Below are positions 1 to 7,582 of a stretch of 20,000 nt of DNA, piece by piece. The stretch is from an uncultured virus (IMG/VR IMGVR_UViG_3300017782_006724). Lineage: Duplodnaviria; Heunggongvirae; Uroviricota; Caudoviricetes. Below the pieces are notes generated by a model. It did not search any database. It worked only from the letters and a program-made list of their open reading frames with translations, and was not told where the DNA came from. The translations under genes were made by a program, and so were the position numbers. The stretch is taken from IMG/VR virus record IMGVR_UViG_3300017782_006724, one strand, 5' to 3'. Positions within the stretch are counted from its first letter, which is position 1. Every line of letters begins with the position of its first letter.

Positions 1-827
1 AAACCAGTAGCATCGTCAACACTACCTATTGCTGCTTTTAAGGCTCCAAAGTCAATTCTAGGAATAAATTTACCTACGTCCAATATACCATTAAAAAAAC
101 CTCTTATTGCTTTCATAGGTCCGCCTTCACTTGCGGCTGTAAAAAAAGTTTTAAAGGGTTTTGCTGCATCATCAAAAAAGGTTGTAATTGGCTTTACCAA
201 ATCATCAAAAAAGGTTGTGATTGGTTTTATGGCATTGGCCAATGCCTTTTGTGGATTATAAAGGGCTTTCATAGCATCACTAGTTGCTGCAACTGGTTTA
301 CCATCAACTCCTAATCCAAATATTTTATAAATCCTTTGTCCAAGAGCTTTCACACCTTCCTCAGGTAAGAATATAATTCTTGATAAATTTTTACCAAAAT
401 CACCAAATTTACCTGCAATGCGTTTTACACTACCTAAAAAGTCTCCAGCTCCTTTTCCTAAAATTCCAAAACCTGTTACCAATCTTTTACCAAGTTGTGC
501 CAAGCCTACAGCACGAATAGCATCGTCTACGCCTGTAAGACTTGCACCGATCGCGGTAACTGCAGATGCCAAACCACCTAAACCTAATATTGGTGGTAAC
601 ATAGAGGAATCACTTGATCTAGCAGTAGCAGGTGGAGCAACTACTGGGACAGAACTTTTTTCCCTCATTTTTTCAAGCATATCAAGTTGTGATTGCTTCA
701 TTAAGGCCAATAGTTTATTAATACCTGATGCAACACCGGCAAGGCCAGCCGCCATTTTATCTTGACCTTGAGTATTTTCTTTTGCATTTAATATTAATTG
801 TTGTTTGATTTCCTGCAAACTAGCCAC
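1..827 (-). CDS. Tape-measure-like protein (gp29 equivalent), N-terminal part, runs off the window
   Basis: Not in the ORF track. Manual translation from GTG at 827 (AGGAG 7 nt upstream) stays open to position 1: MASLQEIKQQLILNAKENTQGQDKMAAGLAGVASG... It is Ala/Gly/Leu/Phe-rich and amphipathic, with 11-aa repeats KPITTFFDDLV/KPITTFFDDAA/KPFKTFFTAAS, and lies downstream of gp26/gp51-like genes. Confidence 0.7.
   Translation of the reverse strand, partial: MASLQEIKQQLILNAKENTQGQDKMAAGLAGVASGINKLLALMKQSQLDMLEKMREKSSVPVVAPPATARSSDSSMLPPILGLGGLASAVTAIGASLTGVDDAIRAVGLAQLGKRLVTGFGILGKGAGDFLGSVKRIAGKFGDFGKNLSRIIFLPEEGVKALGQRIYKIFGLGVDGKPVAATSDAMKALYNPQKALANAIKPITTFFDDLVKPITTFFDDAAKPFKTFFTAASEGGPMKAIRGFFNGILDVGKFIPRIDFGALKAAIGSVDDATG
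130..228 (-). repeat. 33-bp (11-aa) tandem repeat, about 3 copies, inside the tape-measure-like gene
   Basis: atcatcaaaaaaggttgtaattggcttt at 168-195 and atcatcaaaaaaggttgtgattggtttt at 201-228 are offset by 33 nt. A degenerate third copy lies at about 141-162. Confidence 0.9.
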
Positions 828-1017
828 GATTCTGCTCCTGCTCTTGTTTCTGTTTTTCTTCCTTCAAATAATTTAATAACATGCCTACGTATATTTCTCT
901 TTCCCATGGAATCATTTCTTCTATCTCACGTAACGAATAATTATGATGTTGCATTAGGGAAAAATTAACTTGATAATAATTCTCTAATGATTCATGAGAT
1001 AGAGCTATGATAAAAAA
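820..1017 (-). CDS. gp51: gp51-like baseplate hub assembly catalyst frame; probably reached by a -1 frameshift from gp26-like (first ATG only at 954)
   Basis: Not in the ORF track. The frame reads FFIIALSHESLENYYQVNFSLMQHHNYSLREIEEMIPWEREIYVGMLLNYLKEEKQKQEQEQNRG*. The YY..NF.LMQHH.YSL.E.E.MIPWER.IY motif is typical of the small gp51-annotated proteins of marine T4-like phages. Confidence 0.8.
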   Translation of the reverse strand, partial: FFIIALSHESLENYYQVNFSLMQHHNYSLREIEEMIPWEREIYVGMLLNYLKEEKQKQEQEQNRG

Positions 1018-1712
1018 CTTTCCACACCCTCCACGGTAACTTTGTTTTTATGTGAGCATTTTGTACATTCAAAATTTACATCATGTTTTAATTTAGGTAT
1101 CTGCTCAAAAAATTCTTTTATCTTTGTAAATTGGCCTGAGCTCATAGATTCTAAAAAGTCCTGTAATTCAGTTTCAGATATATCTTTTGCTAAAATTCTT
1201 TCTGATCCTGTATTAATTGATTTTATACATTTTGCAATAATTGCAAATGCTGATTCAGTATTATCCTCAATAATTGTAAGATTTTTTATATCATTAAATG
1301 TGGGCCAATCAACCTCAATGGTTATATCTTGTTCTAATTCAATTACCTTTTCAATCTCTGGTAGTGTTACCTTAATTGAATCAAGTGGAATTACTTGGTC
1401 ATTTGTGGTGGAACATTCAGAACATTTTAAACCCAATTTTACCGTTTCACCTACGCTTTTTGCTCTTAATTGTAAAAAGACATATTCAATATCAAAGGTT
1501 GTTAATTTACCGGCGCTAAAATTATCATCGGTTGCACATGCATTAATTGTATCAACGAGGCCATTTAAGGCGTCGCTTTGATTGCCACTTTCCATAGCAA
1601 TCATTAATGCCTTTTCTTCCTTCACTAGAAAAGGACGAAATCGTGCTTTAATTCCATTCGATGGAATGGTCAATTCATATTTTGGGTTACTATTAAGTTT
1701 TGGTAAAGCCAT
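1005..1712 (-). CDS. gp26: gp26-like baseplate hub subunit/assembly chaperone (T4_baseplate family)
   Basis: MALPKL...YELTIPS...FRPFLVKEEKALMIAMES; FDIEYVFLQLRAKSVGE; two CxxC motifs (CSEC, CTKC); C-terminal EGVESF; AGGAG SD upstream. Confidence 0.88.
   Translation of the reverse strand: MALPKLNSNPKYELTIPSNGIKARFRPFLVKEEKALMIAMESGNQSDALNGLVDTINACATDDNFSAGKLTTFDIEYVFLQLRAKSVGETVKLGLKCSECSTTNDQVIPLDSIKVTLPEIEKVIELEQDITIEVDWPTFNDIKNLTIIEDNTESAFAIIAKCIKSINTGSERILAKDISETELQDFLESMSSGQFTKIKEFFEQIPKLKHDVNFECTKCSHKNKVTVEGVESFLS
1011..1017 (-). promoter_or_regulatory. Candidate -1 programmed ribosomal frameshift heptamer U_UUU_UUA
   Basis: The minus strand reads GAA AG(T TTT TTA) TCA TAG, an X_XXY_YYZ heptamer in the correct phase. 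The -1 frame is the gp51-like frame. Confidence 0.65.
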
Positions 1713-1721
1713 TATTTACTC

Positions 1722-2390
1722 CTAGATATTCGCTTCAAATTGAAAACCTCCTGGAAGGTCTATATTAATTGTTTTTTGTGATGATTGTATTTCACGCCAG
1801 TTTGTGTATGCAAATTGCACACTCATCTCTAAAAATCCATCTGGTTCCTGAGTAAACTCTGTCGCAGTTGTTGTAATTGGAAATGCCTCAAGTAGTTCTA
1901 CTGAGTACACAGGTGTTTGTATTTGTACTTGTGGAAATGGAGCAAAGGATCTTGTTATATTTCTGGTTATTGGCGATGGAGGAATACCAAGTGATGAAAG
2001 CGATAACGCCGGTGTTGCCACAGCAAGTTGATGTATCTTTACAGATTTCTTATAATCGTCCTTATAGTTGGCAGTTTGTGCTGTTTCATTAATTGTTAAT
2101 GCTCTCCATGCATCAAAATATTTTTTTACTCTATAATCATTTAAAATTAAAAATGATATATTAATATCATCAACAACATAACCATAGGCAATCTTTTCTG
2201 ATTCCATGCCTATTCTTCTTTCATGTGTTGCTATCTGTTTTGCCGGTAATGATGCAGTACGACATAGGATACTTAAATCTCTTGATGTTAATGGATTTCC
2301 TGGAATCGATGGTAATTCAACATGAAATTTATTTGGCTTTGCAAGACCACCTGCGCCTGAAATCGTACTTTTTAAAACATTAATACTCAT
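1722..2390 (-). CDS. gp54: Baseplate tail tube initiator gp54-like (tail tube/gp19 fold)
   Basis: GGLAKPNKFHVE...CRTASLPAKQIAT...ISF...YFDAW...EAFPIT...SVQFAY pattern of the gp19/gp54 family; lies between gp2 and gp26. Confidence 0.7.
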   Translation of the reverse strand: MSINVLKSTISGAGGLAKPNKFHVELPSIPGNPLTSRDLSILCRTASLPAKQIATHERRIGMESEKIAYGYVVDDINISFLILNDYRVKKYFDAWRALTINETAQTANYKDDYKKSVKIHQLAVATPALSLSSLGIPPSPITRNITRSFAPFPQVQIQTPVYSVELLEAFPITTTATEFTQEPDGFLEMSVQFAYTNWREIQSSQKTINIDLPGGFQFEANI

Positions 2391-2941
2391 GCCATTTTCT
2401 TTCTAGAATCTTTGTATACTTTATTTGCATTTGCTTTATTCCAATCAGCCATTGGCAGAAAAGTTGCAATTTCCCATTCGGGTTCCTCAACCAAGGCAAA
2501 TGCACTTTTTACATGTTTGGTTAAATAGTGTTTTCTTGCCGGTGCAAGAAATTTACTTGGAACACTACCTCGACCTAATATTGCATCAAGAGCTCTTGAT
2601 CTTAAAACTGGTGGTAGGTAATGTAAATTTAATCCATAAAATCCATTTGGTGCTGGTCCAAGCATTATAATTAAAGGAAATCCATCATAATATGGCAATG
2701 TTTTTTTAAACTTAGGATCATAAAAAAACATATACATATTACCCATTGGATCCTTATCAACTTTTTTTGTTTTTGATAATAATTCATCGTCCATAATTTT
2801 TTCACGATCTCTTATTACTCTGCCTCGAAACATCTGTCGAGCCTTATTACGAAACCATTCGATGCTCTGCTTTGTCCGTGGTGTAATACCAGCACGAAAT
2901 GCCTCGAATTCTAATTGTTTAAATAATGATTCATTTGCCAT
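2387..2941 (-). CDS. gp2: DNA end protector protein
   Basis: SIEWFR, MYMFFYDPKFKKTLPYYDGFPLI, GLNLHYLPP, EWEIATFLP: hallmark T4 gp2 motifs. Confidence 0.93.
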   Translation of the reverse strand: MANESLFKQLEFEAFRAGITPRTKQSIEWFRNKARQMFRGRVIRDREKIMDDELLSKTKKVDKDPMGNMYMFFYDPKFKKTLPYYDGFPLIIMLGPAPNGFYGLNLHYLPPVLRSRALDAILGRGSVPSKFLAPARKHYLTKHVKSAFALVEEPEWEIATFLPMADWNKANANKVYKDSRKKMA

Positions 2942-2949
2942 AGTAGTAG

Positions 2950-2957
2950 TATTTATA
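2950..2957 (-). promoter_or_regulatory. T4-type late promoter TATAAATA upstream of gp2
   Basis: tatttata at 2950-2957 in the 17-nt gap between gp4 and gp2; exact consensus, 8 nt before the ATG. Confidence 0.8.
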
Positions 2958-2958
2958 A

Positions 2959-3462
2959 TTATTTTTTGGGTTTTTTACGGCGATAAGGAGGTAATCTTTT
3001 TAATGGTTTTTTTATTTTACCTGGTACAGGTTTTGTCATTAATCCCATTTCCTGTAAAGTTTTTTCGGTCCATATCTGAAATTCCCATTTACGATCCTTA
3101 CAATAGGCTTCTGCTGCCTCCCATTTATTCATATTTTTAATATAGGTTAAACCCTCGGTAATGTATTTTTTGGTGCGTCTTGGCCCTGTTGGTGGCGATG
3201 TTTCCTTTTCCGGTTTAATTTCAATCAAAAGAATCTTATCCTCCATGATTATTTTTAGATCTGGAAAATATCTATGATACCTTTTATCTGCATCATAATA
3301 ATATGGTATGATAATCTCTTCACTAGACCAACCTTTTACTTTTGGATTTACATCACACCACATAAATGCAGATTTTTCCCACAACGAACGATATACAACA
3401 TTGGCATGATTGCCTTTATATTTTTTAGGATTCTTTACTACATAATGCCCAGAATATGCCAT
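2959..3462 (-). CDS. gp4: Head completion nuclease (TnsA-like PD-(D/E)xK)
   Basis: MAYSG...NPKKYKG...YRSLWE...WSSEE...PY...HRYFPD...EIKP...N..KWEAA...TEK. Confidence 0.93.
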   Translation of the reverse strand: MAYSGHYVVKNPKKYKGNHANVVYRSLWEKSAFMWCDVNPKVKGWSSEEIIIPYYYDADKRYHRYFPDLKIIMEDKILLIEIKPEKETSPPTGPRRTKKYITEGLTYIKNMNKWEAAEAYCKDRKWEFQIWTEKTLQEMGLMTKPVPGKIKKPLKRLPPYRRKKPKK

Positions 3463-3470
3463 CTTTTCAC

Positions 3471-3478
3471 TATAAATA
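3471..3478 (+). promoter_or_regulatory. T4-type late promoter TATAAATA for the gp48-gp53-hub-gp5 operon
   Basis: Exact consensus in the divergent intergenic gap 3463-3514. Confidence 0.85.
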
Positions 3479-3487
3479 CATTCAAAG

Positions 3488-3495
3488 TGTTTATA
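3488..3495 (-). promoter_or_regulatory. Variant late promoter TATAAACA for gp4
   Basis: tgtttata on the + strand; one mismatch to consensus, 25 nt upstream of the gp4 ATG. Confidence 0.5.
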
Positions 3496-3514
3496 TTATC
3501 TATAAGGGAATAAA

Positions 3515-4549
3515 ATGGCATTACCGGATAACAGTGGTCAAGGGCCTTACATGTATCCTATTACTAGGGATCCAGAATTTAAATCAAAAATAGTATTTCA
3601 AGCAATAAAAGTTTTACCTCCAAAATTTACGGCAAGCTTTTTTTCATCGTCAACTGCTGATGAGATAAAAGGTGGAGATAAAACACCAGAAAGAAAAGCA
3701 ACAAGTGAGGAAATAAAGGTCGCATCATCTGGTATAAAAACAAGTGTAATTCGAGGAGAAAATGTTAGTCTTTATGTTCCTATTTCATTTAATGTTAATG
3801 ATACTTTAAGATATACAAATGTTGAATTGGGTCTTGCCGGATCAGCTGTTGCACGGTCTGCCTCAAGAGGTGGTTCAATAGGCGCCGGTATTTTTCAAGC
3901 GTTAAAAGAAACTGGCCAATCTCTTTTTGATTTCTTTTTAGGTACCGGGGCAGCAGGTGAAACCGCAGCTGTTGCGGCTGTAAGAGGTAGTCAAATGACT
4001 CCATTACCGACCAGTATAAAAAATGCTGTTGGATTAACTGCAAGAGTTACATTAAATCCTAATTTACGAACACAATTTCAAGGGGTTAATGTTAGGGATT
4101 TTTCATTTCAATTTAGTTTTTTTCCTAAAAATCAAGATGAATCAATTATGGTTAAAAATATAGTTAAGTTTTTTAGATATCACGCATACCCTGAGGAACT
4201 TCTTGATGCCGGAGATTTTTCAATTGCATATAGGTATCCAAATTTATTTAGAATAAAATTATTATCTGAAGCAAATGAAGGTCCTGTTGGACCAAGTGGA
4301 CAAAAAATATTTAAAAATATAGGCACACCAATTAAAATGTCATACTTAACTGGCGTTCAAACAAGTTATAACCAAGTAAATGCCGTGTTACATCCTGATG
4401 GTTCGCCAACTCAGATTGACATAAATTTGGTATTTTCTGAATATAAGGCTCTCAGCAGAAGAGATATTCAAAATGAGGACGATGATGTTTTTTATCAGTT
4501 TGAAAATAGCACTGCAGTTGAACAGCACAAAGCACACGGTGGCACATAA
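3515..4549 (+). CDS. gp48: Baseplate tail tube cap
   Basis: SLYVP...Y.NVELGLAG; NPN....FQGVNVRDFSFQFSFFPKNQDES..VKNIVKFFRYHAYPE; YPNLF; DGSPTQIDINLVFSE. Confidence 0.85.
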   Translation: MALPDNSGQGPYMYPITRDPEFKSKIVFQAIKVLPPKFTASFFSSSTADEIKGGDKTPERKATSEEIKVASSGIKTSVIRGENVSLYVPISFNVNDTLRYTNVELGLAGSAVARSASRGGSIGAGIFQALKETGQSLFDFFLGTGAAGETAAVAAVRGSQMTPLPTSIKNAVGLTARVTLNPNLRTQFQGVNVRDFSFQFSFFPKNQDESIMVKNIVKFFRYHAYPEELLDAGDFSIAYRYPNLFRIKLLSEANEGPVGPSGQKIFKNIGTPIKMSYLTGVQTSYNQVNAVLHPDGSPTQIDINLVFSEYKALSRRDIQNEDDDVFYQFENSTAVEQHKAHGGT

Positions 4550-5295
4550 TGAATTTTTTTAGATATTTTCCTAGAACCTTTTATAAGTTTGGTGATGAAG
4601 CAACCGATGACGTTTTTGAAAATCTTTCAATATATTCTGATGTTGTTGATCAAATAAAGGATAAGGTAACATTATATCAAGACTATAATATTTTACCTGA
4701 CGAGAGACCTGATCAAGTTTCACAAAAAATATATGGAACTCCAGATTATCATTGGACATTTTTTCTGATGAATGATAAATTAAGAGAATCAGGTTGGCCA
4801 TTATCAAATAGCGAATTATATTTGTTTGCTCAAAAGAAATATAATGTCACGGTTTTAACCACTCGTACAAAAATATATGATAAATTTAAAATAGGCCAAT
4901 CCATGTTAGGTCTTACATCTGGCGCGTCAGGAACAATTATACACAGAAATTTACAACTTGGTCAGTTGTGGGTTAAAGGCATTCCTGATCCAGCATTTTT
5001 AAATTCTGAATTAATTTCATCAACGAATGCTGAGGGTGTTGGAGAGTTTATAATTTTAAATAATTCTGAAATACAGTATAATGCTATTCATCATTATGAA
5101 AATACAGATAAGGAATGGGTTGATATTGGTTTTGAAAATAATGATGATTATTCAGATCCAGGTGGCTTATTAACACCAATTACGTGGTTGGATAAATTAT
5201 CAGCTAAAAATAGTGATTTAAAACAAATACAAGTTATTAGACCTAATTCCATAGAAATTGTAGCAGAATCATTTAGAACAGCCGTAGGATTGTAA
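4549..5295 (+). CDS. gp53: Baseplate wedge subunit
   Basis: FFRYFP...Y; Y.ILPDERPDQVSQKIYGTPDYHWTFFLMN (LysM-like); WPLS; IHHYE. Confidence 0.9.
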   Translation: MNFFRYFPRTFYKFGDEATDDVFENLSIYSDVVDQIKDKVTLYQDYNILPDERPDQVSQKIYGTPDYHWTFFLMNDKLRESGWPLSNSELYLFAQKKYNVTVLTTRTKIYDKFKIGQSMLGLTSGASGTIIHRNLQLGQLWVKGIPDPAFLNSELISSTNAEGVGEFIILNNSEIQYNAIHHYENTDKEWVDIGFENNDDYSDPGGLLTPITWLDKLSAKNSDLKQIQVIRPNSIEIVAESFRTAVGL

Positions 5296-5296
5296 T

Positions 5297-6628
5297 ATGG
5301 CTGATACCAAATCTCCCGATGCAAAAACAAGTTTTAGATTTGATTCAATTTTACTTGAATCAGAAAGACTTCAGTCTCCCATAGAATGTAAAGGTATTGT
5401 CACAGATTTGGATATTTATGAACATATTGATAAACCGTACTTAACTGCAAAATTATTGTTACTTGATAGTGAAAAATTAATTGAAAATGTTGATTTTTTA
5501 GGTGGTGAAAAATTCACAATTTCAATTAAATCAAATAAACCAGGATCAAAAGTAATTGTTAATGTTTTTTATGTCACGGATGTACCAACCATAGAAAAAG
5601 TTAATAATGATATTCAAGTAGTTGGATTTCAATTGATGGAAGACTTTGCATATTTTTCAAATGTTCAAATTATAAGTAAAGCATATTCTGGTAAGATATC
5701 TGAAATTATTACAAAAATTTCAAAAAACTTTTTACAGAGCAAACCAATTAAAACTAATAGTGCTGATAAAAATAATATAAAACTTATTATACCTAACCTT
5801 AACCCTATCCAAGCATTAATTTGGTTAAAACAAAAGGCAAAAACAATTAATGGGTATCCATTTTTTTTATATTCAACCCTTGCAAAAAAAGAATTACAAT
5901 TTTTTGATTTAGGCACAATATTAACAACCGATCCAATAAACGGTGATGCACCATTTAGAACACATACTGCCTCTGCAAATTCTAAATCTGAGGCAAGAAA
6001 TAGAAATATTATAGCAGCAAATTTTTCAAGCACGGCAACATTATTTGATTTAATTGAAAATTCTGTTATTGGTTCTAATTTTGAATATATTGATACAGCA
6101 AACGAAACAAGAAATATATTTCATTTTGATGTAATTAAAGATTTATTTAAACCATTAATAAGTAAATCAGTATTAAAACAAGGGCAAAACAATCCACCAG
6201 TATCGCCAAAATTTACATATGAAAATAAATCATTTAATGAATTAACCTCATCATATGTATCAATAATTGGTGGTGGGCATAATTACAGAACAATAGATAC
6301 TGATGAATATGTTTTAGGTTACGGCGAAGAAAAAACCTTGGCAGATTATAAATTAAAGGTTATATCTAAAGCAATGAATAAAATTATTCGAGGCGAACCC
6401 TTAAATATTACTATTGATGGGTCTGATTTTATTGATGGTAATAAGCACTCGACGATAGGTAATTTAATTAATATTGAAATACCAACATCAAAACCAGAGG
6501 CTCTTGGTTCAAATATAGATAAAAAGAAATCAGGTGAATATCTTATGTTTGCGGCAAGACATACATTTAAAAAAGAAAAATATGATCTTTCGTTAACATG
6601 TATAAAATTAGGTAGGCGTAGAGGTTAA
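5297..6628 (+). CDS. Baseplate hub protein (gp27/late control D-like)
   Basis: Lies between gp53 and gp5; DIYEHIDKPYLTA, IIPNLNP, PFFLYST, and C-terminal DKKKSGEYLMFAARHTF typical of hub proteins. Confidence 0.65.
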   Translation: MADTKSPDAKTSFRFDSILLESERLQSPIECKGIVTDLDIYEHIDKPYLTAKLLLLDSEKLIENVDFLGGEKFTISIKSNKPGSKVIVNVFYVTDVPTIEKVNNDIQVVGFQLMEDFAYFSNVQIISKAYSGKISEIITKISKNFLQSKPIKTNSADKNNIKLIIPNLNPIQALIWLKQKAKTINGYPFFLYSTLAKKELQFFDLGTILTTDPINGDAPFRTHTASANSKSEARNRNIIAANFSSTATLFDLIENSVIGSNFEYIDTANETRNIFHFDVIKDLFKPLISKSVLKQGQNNPPVSPKFTYENKSFNELTSSYVSIIGGGHNYRTIDTDEYVLGYGEEKTLADYKLKVISKAMNKIIRGEPLNITIDGSDFIDGNKHSTIGNLINIEIPTSKPEALGSNIDKKKSGEYLMFAARHTFKKEKYDLSLTCIKLGRRRG

Positions 6629-6629
6629 T

Positions 6630-7286
6630 ATGGAAATACCAAATACATTAATGGATTTTTATGGTGATCATACAAGATGGTTTATTGGCGACATAAAAAG
6701 TATTAACGACCCATTACAGTTAGGAAGAGCACAGGTAAGAATATATGGTATTCATGTAGGATCACAAAACGATATTCCTGATGCAGATTTGCCATGGGCA
6801 CAACCATTAATGCCTATTACCGAAGGTGGTACTAATGGGCTTGGCAATAACCTAGGAATACAGGTTGGTGCTAGAGTTTTTGGTGTTTTTTTAGATGGCG
6901 AACATTCACAGAATCCATTAATACTTGGATCACTTCCAAAATATGAAGAGGCCGCGCCTGGTGGTAAAACAACAAATCAACTTGCTCGTGGAACAAATAC
7001 TCTTAGTAAAACTGTAAGTGTTTCAGGTGCTCCATCCGATCCTTATGCAGCGACATATCCTCATAATAAAGTAATAGAAACTACCAGTGGCCATGTTATT
7101 GAAATTGATGACACACCGAATGCTGAAAGAATAAACATACATCATAAATCTGGAGCATATATGGAATTCCATCCAGATGGAAGTTTAGTGATAAAAACAG
7201 CAAATACATATGTTGAAGCAGGTGATATGGAAATTAAGTGTAGTGGTAATTTTAAAGTAAGTGCAGCAAGGATTGATTTAAACTAA
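6630..7286 (+). CDS. gp5: Central spike protein, gp5-like (OB-fold plus short beta-helix, no lysozyme domain)
   Basis: WFIG...DPLQLGRAQVRIYGIH...LPWA...VFGVFLDG...PLILGS; YPHNKVIETTSGHVIEIDDTPNAERINIHHKSG; ends AARIDLN; followed by PAAR. Confidence 0.88.
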   Translation: MEIPNTLMDFYGDHTRWFIGDIKSINDPLQLGRAQVRIYGIHVGSQNDIPDADLPWAQPLMPITEGGTNGLGNNLGIQVGARVFGVFLDGEHSQNPLILGSLPKYEEAAPGGKTTNQLARGTNTLSKTVSVSGAPSDPYAATYPHNKVIETTSGHVIEIDDTPNAERINIHHKSGAYMEFHPDGSLVIKTANTYVEAGDMEIKCSGNFKVSAARIDLN

Positions 7287-7582
7287 TGCCAGCTATTGTA
7301 AGAAAAGGTCTTGATAAACATATTGGACATGCTAGTCCTACTCCGAACCCATTTCATAAAACAAGTTACGCTACTGGATCAAGTGATGTTTTTGTAAATG
7401 GTGCTAGTGCTGTAAGAAAAGGCGACATAACTGCTTGTGGAGATCCGGCAACTGGTGCTTCATCAAACGTATATGTAAACGGAATACAAGTTCATCGTAA
7501 AGGTGATGGTACCGGAGGACATGGATCTTGGGTCGGTAATGCAGCGGCTACTGGTTCAGGAAACGTTTTTGCAAATGGCTAA
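7286..7582 (+). CDS. PAAR spike-tip protein (gp5.4-like)
   Basis: MPAIVRKG.D.H.GH, GSSDVFVNG..AVRKGD...CGD, NVYVNG...HRKGD...GHG, ATGSGNVFANG. Confidence 0.92.
   Translation: MPAIVRKGLDKHIGHASPTPNPFHKTSYATGSSDVFVNGASAVRKGDITACGDPATGASSNVYVNGIQVHRKGDGTGGHGSWVGNAAATGSGNVFANG

Noticed and set aside
984..1007. Stop-codon readthrough or alternative genetic code at the gp26 TAG
   Set aside because: The zero frame hits another TAG seven codons later and the conserved sequence is in the -1 frame. TAG, TGA and TAA all end genes normally in this window.
2959..3462. TnsA-like nuclease as a transposon or homing endonuclease
   Set aside because: Motifs and position next to gp2 match the core head completion protein gp4.
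418..3513. Plus-strand ORFs 418-765, 1042-1581, 1877-2092, 2425-2670, 2862-3140, 3274-3513
   Set aside because: Antisense shadows of well-supported minus-strand phage genes; no recognisable motifs.
7503..7574. ORF-track start at 7503 for the 459-aa protein (and likewise 9979 for the S74 gene)
   Set aside because: It would overlap the upstream gene extensively; ATGs at 7575 and 9991 give standard coupled overlaps.
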